A DNA stretch of 64,000 bases from Burkholderiales bacterium (GTDB lineage Bacteria; Pseudomonadota; Gammaproteobacteria; Burkholderiales; SG8-41). The translations under genes and the position numbers were made by a program. This document shows, one piece after another, positions 36,646 to 45,938 of the stretch. Numbering within the stretch: the first letter of the stretch is position 1; the number at the start of each line of letters is the position of its first letter. Location of the stretch: assembly GCA_035649495.1 (NCBI GenBank), contig DASRJL010000092.1, positions 3,588 through 67,587 on the forward strand, read 5' to 3'. The notes under the pieces are model-generated. The model had not been told where the DNA came from and ran no database searches. It saw only the letters and a list, made by a program, of their open reading frames with translations.

Positions 36646-38251
36646 AAGGCTCGTGCTTGCCCATTTCTGGGTCGCGTTCGTCGCGTTCGCGGCCGCGCTC
36701 GTGCTGGGCGAGTGGCAGATGTACGTGCGCAGCCCTCTCTCCGCCTGGGTCGGGAATCCCGAGCACTACTACCGCTCGGTCACCGGCCATGGCACCGTGA
36801 TGGGCTATGTCCTGCCGACGCTCGTTGCAATGGGCTTCGGCTACGCGATCACCGAGCTGTCACTCAAGCGGCCGCTGATCGGGCTCAAATGGGCGTGGGG
36901 TGGTTTCTGGCTGGTGGTGACGGGGGCCGTGATGGCGGCTACGCCCGTCGCGCTCGGCCGCGCGTCGGTGCTCTTCACGTTCTACCCGCCGATGGTCGGC
37001 AGCGTCTTCTATTATCTCGGCGTGGTGCTGGTCGTGGTCGGCTCGTGGGTGTGGGTCGCGTTGATGGCCGTGAACCTGCGCGCGTGGAAGAAAGAGCATC
37101 CGGGCGCCACGATTCCGCTCGCGATGTTCGGCAACGTCGCCGGGGCGTACCTCTGGGCGTGGACTGCCGTCGGCGCGGCGATCGAGATTCTCGTGCTCAT
37201 CCTGCCGGTCGCGCTCGGCTTCAAGGACACGATCGACGCGGGGCTCGCGCGCGTCTTCTTCTCCTGGACGCTGCACGCGATCGTGTATTTCTGGCTGATG
37301 CCCGCCTACATCGCGTTCTACACGATCGTGCCGCGCGCGATCGGCGGCCGGCTCTATAGCGACACGATGGGGCGCGTCGCGTTCGTGCTGTTCCTCGTGT
37401 TCTCGATGCCGATCGGGATCCACCATCTCTTTGCCGATCCGCATGTCGGCTCGGGCTTCAAGTTCGTGCACGCGGTCTTCACGGCGATGGTGGCAGTGCC
37501 GACGTTCCTCACGGTGTTCACGATCGTCGCCTCGGTCGAGATCGCGGCGCGACTGCGCGGCGGTAAAGGCCTGATCGGGTGGGTGAAGGCGCTGCCCTGG
37601 GACAACGCCATGATGCTCGCCGTGACGTTCTCGTTCATCATGCTCGGCTTCGGCGGCGCGGGCGGCATCATCAACATGAGCTACCAGCTGAACGAGACGG
37701 TGCACAACACGCAGTGGATCACCGGGCATTTCCACCTCATCTTCGCCGGCGCGATCGTGATCATGTATTTCATGGTCGCCTATGATTTGTGGCCGCAGCT
37801 CACGAAATGCCGGCCGCTTTCAACCGGCCTCATCAAGGTGCAACTCTGGACGTGGTTCCTGGGCATGCTCGTGCTGACGATGCCGTGGCACCTCGTCGGG
37901 CTGCTGGGCATGCCGCGCCGCATGGCGTATTTCGACTACACGCACCCCGATCTCCAGGCGCAGGCGTGGACGGTGACGGTCTCGACGATCGGCGGTTTCG
38001 TGGTGATGGTCTCGGGCCTCCTCTTCATCTACATCCTGGCGGTGGCGCGCAAAGGCGCCGCCGACCCCGCGCCGTTCACGTTCAGCGCGTCCGCGCATCC
38101 GGTCGAGCGAACGCCGCTCGCGCTCAACGGCTTCGCGATCTGGGTGACGATGATGATTGCGCTGACGGTCGTGAACTACGGCTTCCCGATCGCTCAGCTC
38201 GCGATGCTGAAGGAGACCTCCGTGCCCGCCGTGCGCATCGGAGGGCAGTGA
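36632..38251 (+). CDS. Cytochrome c oxidase subunit I, B-family (ba3-type)
   Basis: Long blocks closely resemble Thermus ba3 subunit I as I remember it: LFTFYPP, TLHAIVYFWLMPAYI (His-Tyr pair), PIGIHHLFADP, ALPWDN, HNTQWITGHFHL and GMPRR. Confidence 0.9.
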   Translation: MFLARRLVLAHFWVAFVAFAAALVLGEWQMYVRSPLSAWVGNPEHYYRSVTGHGTVMGYVLPTLVAMGFGYAITELSLKRPLIGLKWAWGGFWLVVTGAVMAATPVALGRASVLFTFYPPMVGSVFYYLGVVLVVVGSWVWVALMAVNLRAWKKEHPGATIPLAMFGNVAGAYLWAWTAVGAAIEILVLILPVALGFKDTIDAGLARVFFSWTLHAIVYFWLMPAYIAFYTIVPRAIGGRLYSDTMGRVAFVLFLVFSMPIGIHHLFADPHVGSGFKFVHAVFTAMVAVPTFLTVFTIVASVEIAARLRGGKGLIGWVKALPWDNAMMLAVTFSFIMLGFGGAGGIINMSYQLNETVHNTQWITGHFHLIFAGAIVIMYFMVAYDLWPQLTKCRPLSTGLIKVQLWTWFLGMLVLTMPWHLVGLLGMPRRMAYFDYTHPDLQAQAWTVTVSTIGGFVVMVSGLLFIYILAVARKGAADPAPFTFSASAHPVERTPLALNGFAIWVTMMIALTVVNYGFPIAQLAMLKETSVPAVRIGGQ

Positions 38252-39060
38252 TGGCCGCGCCGCACGATCCGGCCAGCCGCCGCTACGTGCAGTGGAGCGT
38301 GATCTCGCTCGTCGTCCTGACGCTCGTCACGCTGCTCGTCGGGTTCGTATGGCTGCCGTCGGCGCACCCCGACTTCAGTGCGCAGGGCATCTGGGCGGCG
38401 ATTTGCCGGGCGGCCGGTGTCCCGACGAAGTGGAGCGAAACTGCCGAGCCCGTGAAAGCACGGGTGTCGACGCGCGTCATCCTGCCGGATGCCGCGAACA
38501 GCGGGACTTCACAGGCCTCGATCGGCCTCGGCGCTACGCTTGCGCTCCAGCAATGCACGATGTGCCACGGAGCGCAGGGGGTCACCGCGGCCGACACGCC
38601 CAATCTGGCCGGCCAGTATCGAGAAGTGATCATGAAGCAGCTGGTCGATTACAAGAACGGGGACCGCGCGCATTCGGTCATGCAGGCCCTGGCGGCGAAC
38701 CTCGCGGACGACGACATACACAACCTAGCCGCCTACTACGCGTCGCTACCCAAGCCGCGGCTCGAACCCGCGGCTGACGATTCACCCGCGCCCGCCCTCG
38801 TGCGCGTCGGCGATCCGGTCAGGAACATCGCGCCGTGCGCCTCCTGCCACGGCGGCATCGACCGCAAGCTTGGCACGCCGTGGCTGGAGCACATGCCGAA
38901 GCGCTATCTCGAGGATCAACTGCACGCGTTCGCCACAGGCGCCCGCCGCAACGATATCCACGCCCAGATGCGCAACGTCGTGAGGCAGATGACGAAGAGG
39001 GAGATCGCGGAGGTATCGGAGTTCTACGCTCGGCGCGGCGTGCCCACGGGGCACCGCTGA
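38251..39060 (+). CDS. Membrane-anchored di-heme cytochrome c (c4-like)
   Basis: ATG 38251 overlaps the subunit I stop (TGATG). TM helix WSVISLVVLTLVTLLVGFVW. CTMCH and CASCH motifs, plus NLAGQYREVIMKQLVDYKNGDR. The in-frame upstream part of ORF 37789..39060 lies inside subunit I and was rejected. Confidence 0.85.
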   Translation: MAAPHDPASRRYVQWSVISLVVLTLVTLLVGFVWLPSAHPDFSAQGIWAAICRAAGVPTKWSETAEPVKARVSTRVILPDAANSGTSQASIGLGATLALQQCTMCHGAQGVTAADTPNLAGQYREVIMKQLVDYKNGDRAHSVMQALAANLADDDIHNLAAYYASLPKPRLEPAADDSPAPALVRVGDPVRNIAPCASCHGGIDRKLGTPWLEHMPKRYLEDQLHAFATGARRNDIHAQMRNVVRQMTKREIAEVSEFYARRGVPTGHR

Positions 39061-39093
39061 TCCGGGCTAAACTAGCTTCAAAGGAGGTGTCAC

Positions 39094-39876
39094 GTGAATG
39101 ACATGACCGTAAGGCCCAAGTCCGAGTACCACGAGAAAATGAAGAGCGACATGGAGAAATTCCTGCGCGGCCCGGACTGGACGCCCGCGCAACGCGTCGC
39201 GCTTTCCTGCCGCATCCTGGATGCGGACGGGCACGAGTCGGCGCTCGCCGGCCAGATTACGCTGCGTGGCGAGAAGCCCGGCACCTACTGGGGCCTGTCC
39301 TTCGGCCTCGGCCTGGACGAAGCAAAGGCGAGCAACATCCTTCTGTTCGACAACGACCTCAACGTGCTTGAAGGCGATGGCATGGCCAACCCGGCGAACC
39401 GCTTTCACCTGTGGATCTACCAGGAGCGGCCGCAGGTCAATTCCATCGTGCACACGCATCCGCCGCATGCATCAGCTCTGTCGATGATCGCCGAACCGCT
39501 GATCGTGTCGCACATGGATACCTGCGTGCTGTACGAAAACTGCGCCTACCTGCCGGAATGGCCCGGCGTGCCGATCGGCGACGAGGAAGGGCGCATCATT
39601 TCCGAGGGTCTGGGCGACAAAGAGGCCATCCTGCTCGCGCATCACGGCGTGCTCACCGCCTGCAAGACGATGGAGGCGGCGACTATCCTCGGCTTCTACA
39701 TGGAGCGCGCGGCCAAGCTGCAACTGATGGCGCGCGCCGTCGGTCCGATCAAGGCGGTAAAGCGCGAGCACGCGCTGGAAGCTCGTGGTTATCGCGGCTC
39801 GCCGAAGTACATCAGCGCCACGTTCAATTACCTGGCGCGCGAGGTGATACGAAATTCACCCGAAGTACTGAACTAG
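39094..39876 (+). CDS. Class II aldolase/adducin-family protein
   Basis: 260 aa with VHTHPPHASALS (metal-binding His cluster) and ILLAHHGVLT. Confidence 0.75.
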   Translation: MNDMTVRPKSEYHEKMKSDMEKFLRGPDWTPAQRVALSCRILDADGHESALAGQITLRGEKPGTYWGLSFGLGLDEAKASNILLFDNDLNVLEGDGMANPANRFHLWIYQERPQVNSIVHTHPPHASALSMIAEPLIVSHMDTCVLYENCAYLPEWPGVPIGDEEGRIISEGLGDKEAILLAHHGVLTACKTMEAATILGFYMERAAKLQLMARAVGPIKAVKREHALEARGYRGSPKYISATFNYLAREVIRNSPEVLN

Positions 39877-39940
39877 GGCCGGCCGCCGGGGAACAGGTAC
39901 GCTCGTCCCGCAATTCGGGCGGTTACTGCCGTTGCTGTGT

Positions 39941-40939
39941 TCACTCAGCGCGAATGCCGGCGAGCGTGACCACCTTGCGGGCTGTCTCGACTTTGGCGCG
40001 GACGAACCTGGTGAACTCCTCTGGCGTACTGGGTGTTGCCTCTTCGCCTTGGTTCAGCATCTGCTTCTTGATGTCCGGCAGATTGACGATTCGCGCGATC
40101 TCCTTGCTTATTTTATCGATGACCGGCTTCGACATCCCTGCGGGCGCGAACGCTCCCCACCAATCCTGGTACTCGTAACCCGGCAGCGCAGCCTCCGCGA
40201 CCGTTGGCACGTCCGGCAGAACCGGCGTGCGCTGCGCGGTGGTTACAGCCAGCGCCAGCAATCTCCGGTCTTTGATGAACGGCAGCGCGGGCACAAGAGG
40301 CGCTAGGAGATACTGGATGCGCCCCGTCATCGTGTCGAGTAGTGCTTCGGGTGGTCCCTTGTACGGGACATGCACGACCTCGATCCCGGCGGCAATTTTG
40401 AACTGCTCTCCGGCGAAATGGGTGCTGCTGCCGACACCGGAAGAGCCGTAGGTGATCTGTCCCGGCTTCTGCCTGGCGAGCGCGACGAGGTCCTTGACTG
40501 ATTTCGCACCGAGCGAAGGCGCTGCCACCAGAATGATCGGCGCGATCGCAATCTGGCTCACGGGCGAGAAGTCTTTGAGCGAGTCGTACGGGAGCTTCGA
40601 ATATAGCGCTGCACTCACCGCAAAAGCGGCCGAATTGACGAGGAGCGTGTAGCCGTCGGGCGTAGCTTTGGCTACGATACTTGTTCCCAAAGTTGTGCCA
40701 GCGCCGGGCCGATTGTCGACCACCACTTGCTGACCCCAGTTCTCGCTCATCTTCACGGCGAGCCTGCGCGCGAGCAGGTCGGCGGCGCTGCCAGCCGTCA
40801 GCGGCACGATGATCCGGACCGGTCTCGTTGGAAAATCCTGCGTTGACTGCGCAAGACCTGGTGCGGCAGTGCTCGCCATGACGGTCGCGATCAAGGCAGT
40901 GAACGTTATTCTTTGCAAAGCAGGCATCGCGCCTCCCAC
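39941..40939 (-). CDS. Bug-family (TctC-like) tripartite tricarboxylate transporter substrate-binding protein
   Basis: Signal peptide followed by DFPTRPVRIIVPLTAGSAADLLARRLA, YGSSGVGSSTHFAGE and VHVPYKGPPEAL. No TctA/TctB gene adjacent. Confidence 0.85.
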   Translation of the reverse strand: MGGAMPALQRITFTALIATVMASTAAPGLAQSTQDFPTRPVRIIVPLTAGSAADLLARRLAVKMSENWGQQVVVDNRPGAGTTLGTSIVAKATPDGYTLLVNSAAFAVSAALYSKLPYDSLKDFSPVSQIAIAPIILVAAPSLGAKSVKDLVALARQKPGQITYGSSGVGSSTHFAGEQFKIAAGIEVVHVPYKGPPEALLDTMTGRIQYLLAPLVPALPFIKDRRLLALAVTTAQRTPVLPDVPTVAEAALPGYEYQDWWGAFAPAGMSKPVIDKISKEIARIVNLPDIKKQMLNQGEEATPSTPEEFTRFVRAKVETARKVVTLAGIRAE

Positions 40940-41208
40940 ATGCGAAATCGTCGGGGCAGTTTCTCCTATTTTTTGCTGAATGTGAACATGACGGCAGGAT
41001 CACCCGTTGCACTAAGGACTCAGAGAGGGTCGCGGTAATCTGGAAAATTCCCACCGCTGCCGGTAGCGCCGAATGCTGATTGTGGGCGTTGGAGTTTTCC
41101 AAAGGATGGACGAAAATAATTGCAGGATCAAACATTTAGCGGGGTTTGAACCCTATTCACCTCAAGACCCTGGCAGGTTTCTCACTCATCGGCAGATGAG
41201 AGCAGCTG

Positions 41209-44043
41209 TTACCGGCCAACGACGTAAGTCGCGCGCTGCTCTATCGCCTGCTTCGCCGCCTGCATGAGCGGGCCGCACTGCACATCCTGATTTCCGCCCA
41301 TCTGTATGAATGGCACGAGCGCAGCAAGGGGTGTCGCAACCGTAGCCAGTACTACCGCGCCCCCTGCGCGCGCGGCCAGTCTCCCCAGGTCAGGCATCAC
41401 TGCCGGCTGCGCGAACGAACCCTTTACATTGATCGGGCCGCGCAGCGAAAGCAGGCTCGCGCTCTTGGGTTTGGCGACCAAGCGCAGATCGAGCGTCTCG
41501 TCCGCGAAATTCGCCTTTCCTTCGCCGACCAGCGTCGTGTGTGCCGTGTCAAACACGAATTGCCGCGGCTGCATGACGCCGTTCTCGAAGGCGAGGTCGG
41601 CCACCACGCATCGGATTGGAATGTCGCGATCGCCCCGCATAAGCACGACCAGCGAGTTCGCCAGGTCGAGGTTCGAAAGCCGCAGCATGAGATCGCTGAC
41701 TTTGCCTTCCCCGATCACCAGTGTCGTATCGCCCGTCGCCGTGCCGAGCATCGCTGCCACCGAGTTGCCACGCCCGGCCAACTTCACGCTCCCGTCGATT
41801 TCGCCCACGCTCGCTTTCGCGATCCTGAGTTGTGGCAGCAGCTGCGAGAGCTGCAGTGACTGCACGCGGATGTCGGCGCGCGATGCGATGATCGAGCCGC
41901 GCCCGTCGAGCGTGATTTGAGAAAAGAGATTGCCGCCCGCTACGCCGAAGTTGAGCGGCGAGAGTGTGAGAACGCCGTCCTTGAGAACCAGATGTGTAAT
42001 CATGCTTCGTACCGGCAGGCGCTCTGTCAGGATCTGTTTCCCTTCGAACTTCACGTCCGCGTCGGCGGCCTTGAGCTTCTCGAGGTTGTAGGGCGAATCC
42101 GGTAACACGCGGTTCGGATTCGGCGTCGTGACGTTGCCGCCCGGAGTTTTTTCCGCGCCAATGAAGCCGGAGAGGTCCGCGAGCGCGAGGCGGTTCGACT
42201 TCAAGTCGGCTTTCATGAATTGCGGCGTGCGGCCGCGGTCGACAAGGAAGTCGCCCGACAGATCGCTATCACCTACGGCGCCGGTGAATTGCCGGAACTG
42301 CCAGAGGTCGCCGCGCTGAACGAGGCGGCCGGCGATGCGATACGGCGGGGTGGGCGGTAGCGGCACCCCGACGATCCTGTAGAGCTCGGCCATGCTTCCT
42401 CCAGCGAGTGTCAGCTGCATATCCACCGAGCGGGCGTCGGCAGGGTCGCGCACGATGCCTTTAGCGCTTGCCCGCGTGTCGCCCACGCGCAACGTCGCGT
42501 CAATGCTGACGTCGGGATGGTCGGTACGCTGCGATTTGAAGGTACCATTCGCCGTCGCGGGCAGACCGTAAAGCTTGCTGTCCGTCACGCTTACGTTCGC
42601 CGCAACTTGAAGCACCGGTTCGACGTGTCCTTTCAGCTCGAAGCGACCGTTGACCAGTTGACTCTGGAAGGCGCCGAATTTCGCTGGATCGAAGTTGCGG
42701 AGCTGCCCTGCGAGGTTGAATGACCGTTGCGTATCGAACGCGACGCGCCCACGCGTCGCAAGCTCGGCCGCACCCGCGCGGGCGTAGGCTTCGTCGATCG
42801 TCACGATACCCTCGACCAGCGTGCCCGCGAAGCGCACGTGGTACTGCTGCTGGATGAGATTGAAACGCACCCGCTGCGCCGCCGTATTGCCGCCCAGCGC
42901 GACCTTGCCGGCGAGGTTTGTCTGGTGCAGCCGCTTCTGAACGCCGCGCAGGTTGAAATTCCGCGTGTCGAGGTTCAGATCGAGAGCGCCGCCGCGCCAT
43001 GCACCCGCCCCGGCGAAGCGGCCTGCGCCCGCGAGATCGAGCCTGATATTCGTCAGCAAGAGTTCTTCAAGCGTACCCTGCAAAGCGGCCGACAGCTGTG
43101 CGAAGGGCAGTTTCTTATCGTCGATCGTGCCCGGTTCGGTGTTCTTGACGTCGAGCGTTCCGTCGAGCCGGCGCCCTTCACGCGCAGCGAGACGACCTTC
43201 GCCGCTCAGCTTCGCGCCCGGCGCGTTCGCCACCCAGGCTCGCGGATCGAAATCCTTCGTGGTGAATTCGAGCTGTGTAAGCGGCTGCGCATCGTACGGC
43301 GCCACGGCGAGCTTCGCGGAGGCGATCGCATCGTACGCTTTCGCATCGATCGCGACCTCTGCGTTCAGCAGACTCCCGCCGAGCCTCGCGGTGGCAACGT
43401 ACACACGCGGATCGGGCCCCGTCAGCTCGACATTTCCGTCGAGAGCAAAGGGGCTTTCAGCGCCGATCTTTAGCTCGCCTTTGAGAGCGCCGTATTGCGT
43501 CGCCAGCGACTTCACTTCGGCTTTGAGCTGCTTTCTGTTGCCCGAAAACGCCGCGCGCAAACCGCGGATTTCCTGCGCGGCATCGGGCCGGACGATCGAC
43601 AGCGCGGCAATCTGAAAATCGGTCACGGCAAACGATATCGGCGCGGCGAGCGATTCGGGGGGCCTGCGCGATTCGTCCTCCGATTCGGCAAACTCGAGCG
43701 TGACGGTTTTCGCGGTCATCGCGCCGACCGCCACCTGCCCGATCAGCAGCCGGATGGGCCGCCACTCGAGGTGCGCGTCCTTGATCGCGATCCTGCCGAA
43801 GCGGTCCTGATAGTGGAGTTCAGCGGCAGTGATCGTTCCCAGCAGTGAACCGCGGAGATCCACCGTCTGGAGACGGCCATCGAGGCGTTGCGACAGTGCG
43901 TTTGCCGCATGGATCAATGTCGTCTCGCGTGAGAGCAGCCACAGCCCGCAACCGCCCAGCGTTACGAGGAGCAGGATCGCCATGATGGCCGTTTTCGTTC
44001 GCCTGGAACGAACATTACGCGAGAACACGCCGGTTTCAGCCAT
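41209..44043 (-). CDS. AsmA-family outer-membrane-biogenesis protein
   Basis: 944 aa with an N-terminal anchor. The body is long, repetitive and beta-rich. The C-terminal block IRCVVADLAFENGVMQPRQFVFDTAHTTLVGEGKANFADETLDLRLVAKPK...LRGPINVKGSFAQP is typical of AsmA C-terminal regions. Confidence 0.65.
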   Translation of the reverse strand: MAETGVFSRNVRSRRTKTAIMAILLLVTLGGCGLWLLSRETTLIHAANALSQRLDGRLQTVDLRGSLLGTITAAELHYQDRFGRIAIKDAHLEWRPIRLLIGQVAVGAMTAKTVTLEFAESEDESRRPPESLAAPISFAVTDFQIAALSIVRPDAAQEIRGLRAAFSGNRKQLKAEVKSLATQYGALKGELKIGAESPFALDGNVELTGPDPRVYVATARLGGSLLNAEVAIDAKAYDAIASAKLAVAPYDAQPLTQLEFTTKDFDPRAWVANAPGAKLSGEGRLAAREGRRLDGTLDVKNTEPGTIDDKKLPFAQLSAALQGTLEELLLTNIRLDLAGAGRFAGAGAWRGGALDLNLDTRNFNLRGVQKRLHQTNLAGKVALGGNTAAQRVRFNLIQQQYHVRFAGTLVEGIVTIDEAYARAGAAELATRGRVAFDTQRSFNLAGQLRNFDPAKFGAFQSQLVNGRFELKGHVEPVLQVAANVSVTDSKLYGLPATANGTFKSQRTDHPDVSIDATLRVGDTRASAKGIVRDPADARSVDMQLTLAGGSMAELYRIVGVPLPPTPPYRIAGRLVQRGDLWQFRQFTGAVGDSDLSGDFLVDRGRTPQFMKADLKSNRLALADLSGFIGAEKTPGGNVTTPNPNRVLPDSPYNLEKLKAADADVKFEGKQILTERLPVRSMITHLVLKDGVLTLSPLNFGVAGGNLFSQITLDGRGSIIASRADIRVQSLQLSQLLPQLRIAKASVGEIDGSVKLAGRGNSVAAMLGTATGDTTLVIGEGKVSDLMLRLSNLDLANSLVVLMRGDRDIPIRCVVADLAFENGVMQPRQFVFDTAHTTLVGEGKANFADETLDLRLVAKPKSASLLSLRGPINVKGSFAQPAVMPDLGRLAARAGGAVVLATVATPLAALVPFIQMGGNQDVQCGPLMQAAKQAIEQRATYVVGR

Positions 44044-44244
44044 GATTGCCTCGCTCGCCGTTTTTCAGCCGCCGAATAGCTTTGGAACGGGAGGTCGCTA
44101 AAAGTTGCACACCATGGCCGCAGGAAGTACCAGCAGCAGTAAAATTGTGCCGCGACGCTTTTAGATGACCGGCTGGAGAATCCTCTCCGCTCCGCCCGGC
44201 CCCGGTTGTCGCTTAGGGACGACCGGGCATATGTCTTGCTGCAG

Positions 44245-44862
44245 TCAGCGCACCTTGATTTCGACGCGCCGGTTGCGAGGCTCAGGAATGCCGTCAGCGG
44301 TGGGGACGATCGGCTCGCGCTCTCCGCGCGCCGCGACTTCGATGACCTCAGGTGGCACGCCCGACGACACGAGCCGCCGGGCAACCATCTGTGCCCGCTG
44401 CAGCGACAGCCTATCGTTGTACTCGAGGGTCCCTAAACGGTCCGCGTGGCCAATCACCACTATCTCGGCGGCTAACCACGATGCGACCTGCCTTCTCGCA
44501 TCTTCGAAAGCAGCCTTCGACGCCGGTGTGAGCTCGTCGGTACCTAGTACGAAATACATGGTGAAGGGCTGCGGTTTCTTCGGCTGCGCCGAAAGCAGTC
44601 CGCTGTAGCGGCGTTGGACTTCGTCGGCCGTGGTTGCGCTCGATACGAGCGCGCCGCCGCGGATCTCGACGCTTGTGTAGGTCATGTTCAAAAGCACTTC
44701 CGCATCCCGGGTTTTCACGATGACGGCCGACGGCGTGGCCGTCTCCGAAGGCAGCAGGATGACACGCTCCGACACGCGCGCTGACCGCTGCACAACGGGC
44801 TGCGACCCGCAGCCGGCCAGCACGACAGCAAGAGCGACAATGACAGCAGCTCTCGTGATCAT
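44245..44862 (-). CDS. OmpA-family lipoprotein
   Basis: Lipobox LAGCGS. C-terminal OmpA-like domain VVIGHADRLGTLEYNDRLSLQRAQMVARRL...NRRVEIKV. Confidence 0.8.
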   Translation of the reverse strand: MITRAAVIVALAVVLAGCGSQPVVQRSARVSERVILLPSETATPSAVIVKTRDAEVLLNMTYTSVEIRGGALVSSATTADEVQRRYSGLLSAQPKKPQPFTMYFVLGTDELTPASKAAFEDARRQVASWLAAEIVVIGHADRLGTLEYNDRLSLQRAQMVARRLVSSGVPPEVIEVAARGEREPIVPTADGIPEPRNRRVEIKVR

Positions 44863-45338
44863 TCTTCCCGCTCCAAGTCGACGATGAAGTCCGTGCCGCG
44901 TATGCCGATCGTCGCCGTCGGTGTATTGAAAGTGACGCGGTCAGGCGTGTGTTTGGCAATGATGCCTGTGATGACCCGTGCCGTACCTTTGATGAACGAA
45001 ATGGCGAGGCCGCCGGCATACGAGTTCGGGTTGAATTCGAATTCGCGAATCAGCACCTCGCTTCCTGGTCCAATCGTTAACCGCGTGTCGTCGTGCAGCG
45101 TGACGCCGACATAGCTTCCTGCCGCCGCCGAGATGCGGTCTCCCGGAAAAATGCGCTGCCCCGGTGCGGCAGGTAGCGCTGATGAATCGCGGGTCACTGT
45201 TGCCGAGCCAGTCAGAGTCTTTACCGTCCCTGCGCTTTGCGCCCCCCAAGCGCCGCAGGTGTACGCCAAAAAGACTACTACCGCGACCAGACTTACGGAC
45301 GTTTTCCAAACTCGTGCTGCTCGAATCATCCACCGCAT
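44859..45338 (-). CDS. FecR-domain protein (secreted)
   Basis: I chose ATG 45338 (MRWMIRAARVW..., signal peptide). GTVKTLTGSATVTR...RIFPGDRISAAAGSYVGVTLHDDTRLTIGPGSEVLI is the FecR fold pattern. Its stop overlaps the OmpA start by 4 nt. Confidence 0.7.
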   Translation of the reverse strand: MRWMIRAARVWKTSVSLVAVVVFLAYTCGAWGAQSAGTVKTLTGSATVTRDSSALPAAPGQRIFPGDRISAAAGSYVGVTLHDDTRLTIGPGSEVLIREFEFNPNSYAGGLAISFIKGTARVITGIIAKHTPDRVTFNTPTATIGIRGTDFIVDLEREE

Positions 45339-45812
45339 TGTGGCCTCCAGGTACGTGACCGACACAGGCAGGCAGTTTCCGAAGTACGTGGAAACGCCCG
45401 GGCTATTGGCAACGCGCGATCGAATGGGAGGCAAAGTGCGGTTATTGCGAAGTGCAGACAGGATCAGCATCCGCACCATTTCGGCAATCCCGCTGTCGTA
45501 GGGCCCTAGCCCCTTAGACCGGTAACTTTGCGCCCCCGCCTTTCGGTCGGGTTTGCCTTTTCGAACGACCATTGCGCAGCAAGATCTATGCCACTCACCG
45601 GGCATAATCATTTCAGAGACTTACAGCGGCGGGCCGGTGCCTGGGATCGCCTGAATTCCGACTGAATTACGACATAACCGACGCCGCGCTGACAGTGCGC
45701 CTCTCACATGGCGTGATCCTGGAGAGCGATTGGGTACTCGAAGCCTCCGAATCGGAGACATTTGACCTCATCGAGCTACCCGCCCGTTTCAACCCATTCA
45801 TTCAAAGCGTAA

Positions 45813-45828
45813 TGGCATGGTTCGTGCA
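45813..45828 (+). promoter_or_regulatory. Sigma-54 (-24/-12)-like promoter, copy 1 (inside repeat unit 1)
   Basis: TGGCATGGTTCGTGCA compared with the consensus TGGCACG-N4-TTGCW. Confidence 0.5.
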
Positions 45829-45871
45829 TTAGCTTGCAGCACGGGGACTACAAGCGGGCTTTCAAACGTAC

Positions 45872-45887
45872 TGGCATGGTTCGTGCG
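45872..45887 (+). promoter_or_regulatory. Sigma-54 (-24/-12)-like promoter, copy 2 (inside repeat unit 2)
   Basis: TGGCATGGTTCGTGCG, about 50 nt upstream of ATG 45939. Confidence 0.5.
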
Positions 45888-45938
45888 TTAGCTTTCAGCA
45901 CGGGGGCTACAAGCGGGCCTTTTATGGAGGTTGTTGCA

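Larger units (their letters stand above)
45801..45919 (+). repeat. Tandem direct repeat, two units of 60 and 59 bp (~90% identical by eye), immediately upstream of the second PEP-CTERM gene
   Basis: Unit 1 (45801-45860) is ttcaaagcgtaatggcatggttcgtgcattagcttgcagcacggggactacaagcgggct. Unit 2 (45861-45919) is ttcaaacgtactggcatggttcgtgcgttagctttcagcacgggggctacaagcgggcc. The period is not a multiple of 3. Confidence 0.9.

Noticed and set aside
40113-41135. 340-aa minus-strand ORF overlapping the Bug/TctC gene in another frame
   Set aside because: The alternative frame (39941-40939) gives a textbook Bug-family protein. This frame is Arg/Ala-rich noise.
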